From assembly GCA_938092135.1 (NCBI GenBank), contig CALLJL010000019.1, forward strand, positions 27,211 to 91,210: DNA of 64,000 nt, in the 5' to 3' direction. The position numbers were made by a program, and so were the translations under genes. The DNA is from an uncultured bacterium (lineage in GTDB: Bacteria; Acidobacteriota; Aminicenantia; Aminicenantales; CALLJL01). This document shows, piece by piece, positions 52,775 to 62,300 of this stretch; the first letter of the stretch is position 1, and the number at the start of each line of letters is the position of its first letter. The notes beneath the pieces were generated by a model. It saw nothing but the letters and a program-made list of their open reading frames with translations. It was not told the origin of the DNA and made no database searches.

Positions 52775-53041
52775 ATGATTAGGTTTCTTTTTCTCGCTGC
52801 GCTTTTTTATCTGGCTGTTCAAATCTTCCGTTTTTTCAACAATATCAAACGTTATTCGGCTTCTTCCCCACCGCCTCGCCTCTCTGGCGTAATGGTGAAG
52901 GATGAAGTTTGTAACACCTATCTTCCCCAAGAAGAAGCGCTCAAGGAAAAGATTGATGGGAAAATTTACTATTTTTGTTCGCCCGAATGCCGCCGGCGTT
53001 TTCTAGAGGAAAGGAAGAATCGACGGATCAATCAAAAGTAA
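52775..53041 (+). CDS. Membrane-anchored YHS/TRASH-domain protein
   Basis: N-terminal TM; MVKDEVCNTYLP..YYFCSPECRRRF. Confidence 0.8.
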   Translation: MIRFLFLAALFYLAVQIFRFFNNIKRYSASSPPPRLSGVMVKDEVCNTYLPQEEALKEKIDGKIYYFCSPECRRRFLEERKNRRINQK

Positions 53042-53312
53042 ATTTGATTTTAAAATTATCAAACTCCGCTTTATACTCTTCCCAGGTTACATCAACTTTG
53101 TCCACTCGCGCAAGAGGCGGCCCTTGCTTAAGTTTTTCCAGGAGGAGATGAAGCTTTTCCTCCTCGCCTTCGGCCACGACTTCAACGCGGCCATCAAAGA
53201 CATTTCTCACCCAGCCAGTTAGACCAAGTGATTCAGCCCACTGGCGGGTAAAATCCCTAAAAAAAACCCCCTGAACCCGACCTGATATAAAAGCATGAAA
53301 TCGACTTTTCAT
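53028..53312 (-). CDS. acyP: Acylphosphatase
   Basis: SGRVQGVFFR, GLTGWVRN..DGRVEVVAEG, GPPLARV. Confidence 0.94.
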   Translation of the reverse strand: MKSRFHAFISGRVQGVFFRDFTRQWAESLGLTGWVRNVFDGRVEVVAEGEEEKLHLLLEKLKQGPPLARVDKVDVTWEEYKAEFDNFKIKFTFD

Positions 53313-53355
53313 GGTCCTTTTAAATTCGGCAAATTTATATTAGCATAATTTAAAA

Positions 53356-54129
53356 ATGAAAAAAATGCTTTTAACTGTAGCTGGTTTTGATCCCTCCGGC
53401 GGAGCAGGGCTAATTCTTGACCTTCAGGTTTTCCGCTCCTTAGGCTTTCAGGGCACAGCCGTTATTACTTCTTTAACCAGCCAAAATATCCAGAAGGTGT
53501 TTGATTTTAAGCCTCTATCAGCCTCTTTTGTCCTTTCTCAATACAAAATCCTTAAAAAAGATTTTTCCTGGGAAGGAATGAAAATTGGTTTATTGGGAAG
53601 CAAATTTCTTTTTCCTGCCATTAGAGAAATTCTTGAGGACCAGGCTGGTCGTCCAAGGGTAATTGACCCTGTTTTTCGTTCAAGTTCAGGCACCTGGTTT
53701 CTAGAACCATCTTTAATTCCTTCTTTTTTAAAAACGATTTCAGGAAGAGCAACCATTATTACCCCTAATTTGCCTGAAGCTTCTTTGATGACAGGCCTGA
53801 AAATAAAATCCCTGGAAGATATGGAAAGAGCAGCCCGGATTATCTATGAAAAGACCGGAGTTCCTTCTTTGATTAAAGGAGGACATAGGCCTGGCCGAAT
53901 TTTTGATTTTCTCTATACAGGGAAAAAGGGCCGGTTTTTTGAAAGCCAGCGTCTACCCATAAGGGTTCATGGGACAGGTTGTCTTCTCTCGGCTGCCCTT
54001 GTCGCCTATCTTGTCCGCTATAAAGATCTTGAAAAAGCCTGTGCCTTGGCCCTTCGCTTTACCCGACGAGCAATTAAAAAGGCCTTTATACCAAGAAAAG
54101 GAAGAGCCATTTTTAGTTTAATTAAATAA
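53356..54129 (+). CDS. thiD: Hydroxymethylpyrimidine/phosphomethylpyrimidine kinase family
   Basis: TVAGFDPSGGAG, DPV..SSSG, TPNLPEA, IKGGH, HGTGC. Confidence 0.8.
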   Translation: MKKMLLTVAGFDPSGGAGLILDLQVFRSLGFQGTAVITSLTSQNIQKVFDFKPLSASFVLSQYKILKKDFSWEGMKIGLLGSKFLFPAIREILEDQAGRPRVIDPVFRSSSGTWFLEPSLIPSFLKTISGRATIITPNLPEASLMTGLKIKSLEDMERAARIIYEKTGVPSLIKGGHRPGRIFDFLYTGKKGRFFESQRLPIRVHGTGCLLSAALVAYLVRYKDLEKACALALRFTRRAIKKAFIPRKGRAIFSLIK

Positions 54130-54177
54130 TTCAATTTATCCTTTTATAAAATTAATCCTTTCTTTTTTCTGACTATT

Positions 54178-55233
54178 TTAATTTTTTTCTTCATTGGTAA
54201 TAATTTCATCGGCCCTGTTTAAAATATCGGCTGGAAAGGAGATGCCTTGCTTCTTTGCCGCAACCAAATTCAGATATAACTTTACTTCTTGAGGATAAAT
54301 GAAGGGGATTTTAGCCGGATCTTCTCCTCTTTTTATCCGGTCAACAAGCTGACCAGCTTCATAGCCCATGGAAAAAAAATCAAAGCCTAAGGCTGCACAA
54401 GCTCCAGCTCGGGCAGCAAGCAGAAAGCTGCCAAAAAGCGGAAGGGCATTTTCCTCGGCCACGCGGGCAATTAAAGAAAAAGCAGGATTAATGGTGTTAT
54501 CGGAAATGGGAAAAAAACAATCAATTTTTTTGGAAACCAAAATTTGGGCACCCACCAGAACATCTTGAGAGGAACTGACAGGAACAGCGAAAATCTCAAG
54601 ACCGAGCTCTTGAGCTGCCTCTTTAGCTAATTGTAAATAATATTCAGAATTTAATTCGGAAGGTGTCCAGAGAGTGCCAACTCTTTTCGCCAGGGGTAGC
54701 ACTTTTTTAATGAAAGCCAAGGTTTGGGCAATGGGTCCGGTGGAAGCCACGCCAGTCACATTGGGCAAATGATCCTCGGGAGTTCGACCAGCATTGACCA
54801 GAAAAGGATTCGCCACGGCCATAAAGACAATTGGAATTTTGCGGGTAGCAATAATGGCCGCCTGAAGACAGGGAGTCGAATGAGCGACAATTAAATCCTT
54901 TTTCTTACGGACAAAATCCTCGGCAATTTCCTGGACTTTGGGGATTTCGCCCAAGGCATTTCTCACTTCAATCTCCACTTCTTCGCTGGGCCACAGCCCC
55001 CTATCTTGAAGCGCCTGAAAGAAGCCCCTCCTGGCTTCGCTGGCCGTGATGGAATCCACAACCTGAAAATACCCAATGCGATAAATTTTCCTTTCCGATG
55101 AAGACTGACAACTAAAAAATATAAAAAAAGCAAGGTATAACAAAAGCAAGCCCAAGAATAACCGACCAAGAATAACCGATAATAACCGATTTAAATTCTT
55201 GAAGAATAGCAATTTTAACCAACAGCAATTCAT
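54178..55233 (-). CDS. ABC transporter substrate-binding lipoprotein (ABC_sub_bind type), no permease nearby
   Basis: FFSC lipobox, IPIVF.AV.NP, NVTGV, LP.AKRVG.L..PSE.NS, DNT, G.DP..IP, NL.AAKK.GI. Confidence 0.82.
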   Translation of the reverse strand: MNCCWLKLLFFKNLNRLLSVILGRLFLGLLLLYLAFFIFFSCQSSSERKIYRIGYFQVVDSITASEARRGFFQALQDRGLWPSEEVEIEVRNALGEIPKVQEIAEDFVRKKKDLIVAHSTPCLQAAIIATRKIPIVFMAVANPFLVNAGRTPEDHLPNVTGVASTGPIAQTLAFIKKVLPLAKRVGTLWTPSELNSEYYLQLAKEAAQELGLEIFAVPVSSSQDVLVGAQILVSKKIDCFFPISDNTINPAFSLIARVAEENALPLFGSFLLAARAGACAALGFDFFSMGYEAGQLVDRIKRGEDPAKIPFIYPQEVKLYLNLVAAKKQGISFPADILNRADEIITNEEKN

Positions 55234-55319
55234 TTTTTCCTCTCAAATTTTCCATTTTTCCTCAAATAATATTTGATTGGAAAAAGTTAAATACCTCCCT
55301 CTGGCTTTAAGAGCATAAA

Positions 55320-56288
55320 TCATGGCTTTTTTTCCAAATGATTGAAAAGCCTGGGCGAAACATTACCGCCACTGACAATTAGAGCCACCTTATGACCTGC
55401 AAATTCATTTCTCCAGCTGATTAGTCCAGCCAGGGCTAAAGCTCCGGCGCCTTCCACCATACGGTTGTGTTCAAGATATATAAGATCCATTGCCTGGCGA
55501 ATAAGCTCTTCTTTGACGGTAATCACAGCCTCTACATATTGGCGACAGAGATCAAAGGTTATTGACCCAGGTTCAATTCCACCTGCTACCGCGTCAGCTA
55601 AAGTCTCCTTTTCTTCAATTCTGATTATCTGGCCAGCCTTCAAAGATGCAGCCATAAAAGCTGAGTTTTCGGGCTCCACTCCAAAAACTCGAACTGAGGG
55701 CTTGACCGATTTTATCAGCCCGGCAATTCCTGAAATAAGACCACCTCCGCCAATAGGCACTAAAATGTCTTCAACTTCAGGCCAATCCTCGAGAAGCTCA
55801 AGGCCAATTGTTCCCTGGCCATGAATAATTTCTGGATCATTGTAAGGGGAAATAAAAACTTTCCCTAACTCAGAAGCCAACTTTCGCCCATAAATCTCCG
55901 CCTCATCACAACTGCCTTGATAGGAAACGACCTGAGCCCCGGCTTCATTTAAACGCTGCCACTTATTAGCCGAGGCAGATTGAGGAAAAAGAAGTAAAAA
56001 AGGAACATCCTCCAGTTGGCAGGCTAAGCTCAGGGCTAGGCCATGATTACCTGTGGAAGCGGAGATAACTCCTTTCTTTCTTTCTTCAGGAGTTAAAGTG
56101 CGCAGCCGATTCAAAGCCCCCCTAAATTTAAAGGATCCCGTAACCTGTTTGTTTTCCCATTTAAAACGAATTTCAGCCCCTAAGGAGCGGCTCAGTTCCC
56201 TCGAAAAAGAAAGAGGCGTATGGAAGGCTTCTTTTCTGATCCTCTCCCTAGCTTCCAAAACACCTTCGGGAAAGCGGGTACCTTCCAT
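55320..56288 (-). CDS. PLP-dependent threonine/serine dehydratase family
   Basis: ENKQVTGSFKFRGA, ASTGNHG, GQGTIGLE, PIGGGGLISG, EGAGA, SGGN. Confidence 0.88.
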   Translation of the reverse strand: MEGTRFPEGVLEARERIRKEAFHTPLSFSRELSRSLGAEIRFKWENKQVTGSFKFRGALNRLRTLTPEERKKGVISASTGNHGLALSLACQLEDVPFLLLFPQSASANKWQRLNEAGAQVVSYQGSCDEAEIYGRKLASELGKVFISPYNDPEIIHGQGTIGLELLEDWPEVEDILVPIGGGGLISGIAGLIKSVKPSVRVFGVEPENSAFMAASLKAGQIIRIEEKETLADAVAGGIEPGSITFDLCRQYVEAVITVKEELIRQAMDLIYLEHNRMVEGAGALALAGLISWRNEFAGHKVALIVSGGNVSPRLFNHLEKKP

Positions 56289-56390
56289 CTTTCCTCCTAA
56301 ATGGAGATTTAAAAATCATGATACGTCCTTTAAAAAGAAAAGTTAAGTTTTTAATTTGTTTTCCCCGGAAGCTTGCCTTAAAATAACTAC

Positions 56391-57329
56391 ATGCCCCAAT
56401 TTTATATCGGTCCAGCTGGTTGGAGTTATGAAGACTGGGAAGGGATTGTTTATCCCTTGCGCAAAGGGGCCGGTTTCCATCCCCTAAGCTATTTGGCCAC
56501 TTATGTCAATTTCATTGAAATCAACAGCACCTTTTATCGACAGCCAACGGTCAGCCTGTCGCTGGCTTGGTTGCGCCGGATTGCCCATGTTCCCGATTTT
56601 CTGCTGGCCGTCAAACTTTATCAGATTTTTACCCACGAAAGAAAGGATTTTACCCAAAAAGATGTAGATGAATTTAAACTGGGAATAGAGCCGCTTCGAG
56701 CGAAAGAAAGATTAGCGGCCATTCTCATTCAATTCCCCTGGTCTTTTTATCTTAATAGCGCTAACCTGGATTATCTCGTTAATCTGTTTCGGCTATTTTC
56801 AGGTTATCCTCTGGCCGTAGAGGTGCGCCATGCTTCCTGGAACCGGGAAGAATTCTTTGCCCTCCTTCGAGAATATGAAGTTGCTTTTTGTAACATCGAT
56901 CAGCCGGTAATTGATCGCTCCCTAAAACCAACAGCTATTGCCACCAGACCTGATTTTGCCTATGTTCGCCTTCATGGACGCAACTATCGCGACTGGTTTA
57001 GGGAAGATGCCGGTCGAGATGAACGCTATAACTACCTTTACTCTCAGGAAGAACTTGAGGAATGGGTAGGTCGAATAAAAAAGCTGGCCATAGCGACTGA
57101 AAAGGTTTACATCATAACCAATAATCATTTCCGAGGTCAGGCTCTGGCCAATGCTTTACAACTCCGCAATCTTTTGACAGGGGAAAAGCTTAAAATTCCT
57201 CCCCTTCTTTTAGAAAAATATCCCTTTTTAGCCGAAATTTCTCAAGAGGCGATAGGTCAAGCTTCTCTCTTTGATGAAGCTGAAAAAAGCGAAAAGGAGC
57301 AAGCCGAAAAGGAAAGGTATAAAAAATGA
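56391..57329 (+). CDS. DUF72 (YecE/YunF) family protein
   Basis: GPAGWSYEDW, EINSTFY, LIQFP, AVEVRH.SW, YVRLHGRN, YNYLYS..EL, NNH. Confidence 0.9.
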   Translation: MPQFYIGPAGWSYEDWEGIVYPLRKGAGFHPLSYLATYVNFIEINSTFYRQPTVSLSLAWLRRIAHVPDFLLAVKLYQIFTHERKDFTQKDVDEFKLGIEPLRAKERLAAILIQFPWSFYLNSANLDYLVNLFRLFSGYPLAVEVRHASWNREEFFALLREYEVAFCNIDQPVIDRSLKPTAIATRPDFAYVRLHGRNYRDWFREDAGRDERYNYLYSQEELEEWVGRIKKLAIATEKVYIITNNHFRGQALANALQLRNLLTGEKLKIPPLLLEKYPFLAEISQEAIGQASLFDEAEKSEKEQAEKERYKK

Positions 57330-58573
57330 AAAGAAAATGGTGGACAAATAAGTTTTTAAACTGGAAACAGGGACGTCTCTATCTCCAGACGACACCGGCC
57401 ACAGAGCTGGCAGATAAATATGGGACCCCTCTTTTTATTTATAGCCTGGAACAAATAAAAGAAAATCTTGAGAAAATCAAAGCCGCTTTTTCCCCAGCCG
57501 ATGGCTTGGAACTTAAGGTCGCCTATGCTCTTAAAGCAAATCCCCATCCAGAAATTCTGCGTTTTCTCCTTGCTCAGGGAACATGGATTGATGCTGTTTC
57601 GCCGGGCGAGGTAAAAGCTGCCTTGCAGGCCGGTTTTTCAGCCGAAAAAATAATTTATACCGGCACCTCTGTTTCTTTGGAGGACCTTAAAGAGATAATG
57701 GCTTATCCTGAAATCATAATCAATATTGATGCCCTTGAGCAGCTCAAATTAATGAAAAAAGTGCGGGCTGAATTTTATCCCGATAGAAAATATCGAGTTG
57801 CGGTTCGCTGGAATCCTGGTATCGGTCGAGGTTTTAACGCCAAAGTTACGACGGCGGGCATAAGATCACCCAATGGTTTGCCCATTAAATTTGGAATCGA
57901 GGCTAATCTGGTTGCGACCGTATATAAGGAAGCTCAACAATCTGGATTCATTCCAGTGGGTTTTCATCAACATCTTGGCTCAGGCTGGATTGGCCGCGAT
58001 TGGCCGATAGTCAGGGAAGCTGTCGAAAGGATGATCAATAAGGCAGCTGAATTAGTTCAGCTTGGCTTTAATCTTGAATTTCTCGATTTCGGGGGTGGCA
58101 TTGCTCCTCAATATGAAGAGAAGCAAAAGCCCTTTCCCATTGATAAATATGCCCGCTTCATCCAGAAAAAAATTAAAGAAAAAAAATTACCCATAAAAAA
58201 AATAGTTCTGGAGCCGGGAAAATTTTTGGTTGCCGATGCCGGTGTCCTTTTAATGAAAGTAGTTTACCTTAAAAAAAGTTATGGTAATTATTTTGTCTGC
58301 GTTAATGCTGGCACCTTTAACACTGTACCGCGACCGGCTATTTATCCTGAAGCCTATCACCACATTGTGAACTGTGTCGAAAGAAAAGGAGAAAAGAAAA
58401 GAGTGACTATAGCTGGACATCTCTGTGAAAGTGGCGACGTTTTCGCCTATGATCGGCCCATGGCCTTGCCCAAAGAAGGCGACCTGCTGGCTGTTCTTCA
58501 TGCTGGGGCCTATGGCCATTCAATGGCCTCTCGATTTAATCTAAGAGAGATTCCGCCGGAAATAATTTTATAA
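57326..58573 (+). CDS. lysA: Diaminopimelate decarboxylase
   Basis: YGTPLFIY, YALKAN, DAVSPGE, KFG, HLGS, DFGGG, EPG, GHLCESGD, GAYG; 4-nt overlap with DUF72. Confidence 0.88.
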   Translation: MKRKWWTNKFLNWKQGRLYLQTTPATELADKYGTPLFIYSLEQIKENLEKIKAAFSPADGLELKVAYALKANPHPEILRFLLAQGTWIDAVSPGEVKAALQAGFSAEKIIYTGTSVSLEDLKEIMAYPEIIINIDALEQLKLMKKVRAEFYPDRKYRVAVRWNPGIGRGFNAKVTTAGIRSPNGLPIKFGIEANLVATVYKEAQQSGFIPVGFHQHLGSGWIGRDWPIVREAVERMINKAAELVQLGFNLEFLDFGGGIAPQYEEKQKPFPIDKYARFIQKKIKEKKLPIKKIVLEPGKFLVADAGVLLMKVVYLKKSYGNYFVCVNAGTFNTVPRPAIYPEAYHHIVNCVERKGEKKRVTIAGHLCESGDVFAYDRPMALPKEGDLLAVLHAGAYGHSMASRFNLREIPPEIIL

Positions 58574-58651
58574 AAATAATTTTATAGATTTTTGTTGGGG
58601 ATAAAAATATTTTAAAAAATCCCTAAAATACCAATTATTTAATTTAAATTA

Positions 58652-59212
58652 TCACCTCGGCTCAAAACGATCGATAAAAACAAATTTCTCTAAGGGAAGG
58701 CGTTCCGGTCTTTCCTTCTCCCAGGCGATTTGTTTCTCCGAAAGCAAGGGGCTTATTGATTCTGATTTTCGGCCAAGAATAATTAAAGTATGAACCCAGT
58801 AGTCATCTGAAAGGCCAATAACTTGCCGGACTTTCCTGGGACTGTAGCCAGCAATTGGATGGGCCACAAAACCGAGTTCGGTGGCTCTAAGAATGATAAA
58901 AGCCGTGGCCAGCCCACAATCAAAATGATGATATTCTCTAGGGCCAATAATACAGTCATCTTCCTTCCGGCTTGCCACCACAATAACTAAAGAAGCGGCG
59001 TAAGCCCATTCATTCCCTGGGGAAAGAGATGTTTTCATTTGCTCAAGCATTTGCGGGGAGCGAACAAAAATCAATCGCCAGGGCTGGTTATTAAAACAAG
59101 ATGGAGCTAATTGGGCGGCTCGAGCTAACTCCTGAATTAAAGACTCATTTATTTCGGCTAGTTCGAGCGAACGATAAGCTCTTCTTTTTTGGATAGCTTC
59201 AATTACATCCAT
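58652..59212 (-). CDS. Nitroreductase family protein
   Basis: AIQKRRAYR, APSCFNNQPW, DCG, RLPLE. Confidence 0.88.
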   Translation of the reverse strand: MDVIEAIQKRRAYRSLELAEINESLIQELARAAQLAPSCFNNQPWRLIFVRSPQMLEQMKTSLSPGNEWAYAASLVIVVASRKEDDCIIGPREYHHFDCGLATAFIILRATELGFVAHPIAGYSPRKVRQVIGLSDDYWVHTLIILGRKSESISPLLSEKQIAWEKERPERLPLEKFVFIDRFEPR

Positions 59213-59356
59213 AATGGACCTCTCAACTTAAAATGGAAAAATTTAAATAAATTAACCTTGCTTTATTTATTCCAATGAAATTGGGTAATAATATTTGGGC
59301 AAAGATATCAAGGATAACTTCGGCCATCCCTTAATTTTTTCTTTGGCTTTCTCCCT

Positions 59357-62300
59357 TCAGGCCGTGTTTGATTGTCGAAAAATTTTTTGTTTAAGAAAAT
59401 GAAGATAGGGTCTGATCTGTTCATTGGGATTATGGATTCCATCATAATAAAGATTAATGACCGGAATTTTCCATTTTTCTTCCACCCATTGGGCTAAGGG
59501 AACGGTGACCACTCCAGGACAACAATAGATAGGATTGATATGCAGGAAAGCATCAGGCCTTACTTCGCTTAAAGAATGATTAATTTTCGCCAAATTAATG
59601 GCCGTTTCGCCATCGAGTTCCTCAGGTAGACCTAATTGTCTGATTTTTCTCAAGGAAGAAAAATTGAGGGGCTTCGATTTATAGCCTATTACATTTTCAA
59701 TCATCCCACGCCAGCGACGATCATTAATTCGAAGAAAAAGCTGAAGAGCAGCCGTTCGGGCAAATTCAAGCCAATGCTGATTTTTCCAGGCTCGGGCAAG
59801 CCGATTCAGATGACTGAAATGAGTGATATCCACGAGACTGGCTGGAATAACCTCCCCTCCGGCTGATTCAATTTCTTTCTCCACCTTCAGGTTAAATTCT
59901 GGATTGGCAATTACATATAAATCCCCGATGATGGCTACTTTAGGCCTCGACTCTTCTTTCTCTATCGGAATTGAAGCGAAATCTCTGACTACCTGACGAA
60001 AAGCCTCATTTAAATTTAGTCGCCTGCGAATGGCCGAGGAAAGCTCTCTTAGAGCTTTCTGCCAGATTTCTTCTGTTTCTCCTTTATTTTTCTCATAGGG
60101 CCTTATCTTGGTTAGAAGAAGCCTCAAATTGTCTGCCAAGCAGTAGGCATGAAAAAGCATCAAGGAAAGCTCGGCGGGTTCATGTTGATTAACTAGGGCG
60201 GTTGTAAAGATTTCGACATCGCCCAGTCCTATTTTATCAAGAAGCAATTTTATTAGAACAGGAATCTGGGGAAAATTACAGCTATAAAAAGAGGTGGGAA
60301 TTGCCAGGCCAACCTTCGAAGGTTGAATTTTTTCCTTTTCTAAGGTCTCGATAAAACTGCCCAAAAGAGCTGCTGTGGGTAAGCATTCGCCACCATTGAC
60401 CAACCTTAGGCCGCGATAAATCGTCTCCTGATTTTCCCGAGCCAATAAAGCCTCATAGCCAAAACGTTCAAGACAGGCCACGGCTAAAGCTGAGGCTGTA
60501 TCGTCCACATGAGGCACAATCCAAAGGCGATCTTTTTTTAAATTGGAGAAACTGAAAAGGGGAGCTTTTTCTTTCATTTTTGGCTTCCATTGCCGAAAAC
60601 TCTCAATCGCTGCCTCAATTCTCGTTCGATAACCAATGTCAGAGGTGAGGCCATCGAGCTGAAGGATTAGATAAGGTTTATGAGCTCTTTCCATTAGATT
60701 TCGAAAGTAAGTCAGAAGAAAGGAATCAGGGCTACAACGAAAATTGGTAACGAAAATAGGAAACAAACGATCATCCTCAGCTGCTCGATGGGCCGCCTGC
60801 ATGATGATCTGTCCATAGTGCCAGTGAATAAAATAATTCTCCCCTTCGTTTCCATTTTGATTAGCAAGCATCTCCGGCTTTAAAACAATCAGCCCATAGT
60901 CGGCCATAATTTCGGGCAAATTTTGATTCAGGAGAGAAATATTTAAATTATAGGGTCGCCCTAAAAGAATAACAGCCCACTCGCTTTCTTTAAGAGAATC
61001 CAGAATTTTTTGGCCCTCATTAATCTGCCTTTCCCTTTCGAGTTTCCAAGCTTCTTTAGCCTTTTTCCAGGCCAGGAAAACCTCTTTTTCCCCTATTCTG
61101 TCTATCTTTTTCAGCGCTTCCGAAAGGGAAGAAATATTTCTTTTATCGGACCAGCGCCAGTTAATCAGGGGGGAAAGAAGCTCCCCTTTTTTCATCTCAA
61201 GGGAATGGCGAAGAACGAGCGGCAAATAAGCGGTAAAGTAACAATAAAAACGAGGCAAGGGGGACTTTTGACCAGAATCTGGCCCCTCTAAAAATATAGG
61301 AAAAAAAACGACTTCACACCCGGAATCAAAGAGGCTTTTCACTTGACCATGGCTCAAATAGATAGGAGCACAAAACTCAGCCCTGGCTAGACTCTGGCCA
61401 TGGCCAAGTAAATCTTCGTTGTTTTTGGGCGTGACGATTTCAAAGCCAAGAGAGGTAAAGAAAACTCTCCAGAAATACTCGGTTTCACTTAAGGGAAGAA
61501 TAATAGGTAAACCAATTTTTTTCTCTCTCTTTATAGTAGCTGTTGATTCTTTTGCTCGAATAGAAGAGGGCAAGATCTCAGATCTGGGGAGAATCGAGCG
61601 ACGGGACAGGCGCTTTCTTTTGGCCTCATCTTCCCGACCACATTGAAAGCCCCAGGCAGCTAATGATTGACCAACGCGCACAACGGTAATTCGACAATTG
61701 TTAGGACAGAGATCACAGATCTCAATTTTTTGCTCGATAGGTTGATGGCCAAAGTTCAGGCCTGAAAACTTGGTCGTTTCAATTTTATTTAGTCTAGCGA
61801 GAAGGGCAGCGCCATAAGCTCCGGCTAAATGGGGAAAGGGATGAACATAAATCGGCTTATTTAGGGCCACTTCAAAGGCAGCAACAAGGCCGCGGTTACG
61901 AGCTGTCGCCCCTTGGAAACAGATTTTATTCCCGATTTTGGCTTGACCGACCACCCGGATTAAATAGTTATCCCTAACTGAGTGTAAAGCTGAGGCTAAA
62001 AGTTCCCTCTTGGACCAACCCTCAGCCAGCAGACGACTCAAATCCCTCTCCATATAAACGGTACACCGATCAGATATGGCTGGGCCGCAAGTTTCCGTGA
62101 TCAAGTCATCATAGGCTGAAAGGGGCACCCCTAATTTCTGGGCCTGTTCCTCTAAAAAGGACCCAGTGCCAGCGGCGCAGATCGTATTCATCAATGATTG
62201 AACAACAGCCCCGTCCTGCAAACGAATGAATTTTGAATCTTGGCCACCAATTTCAATAACCGTATCCACTTCGGGTAAATAATTAACAGCCGAAAAGGCA

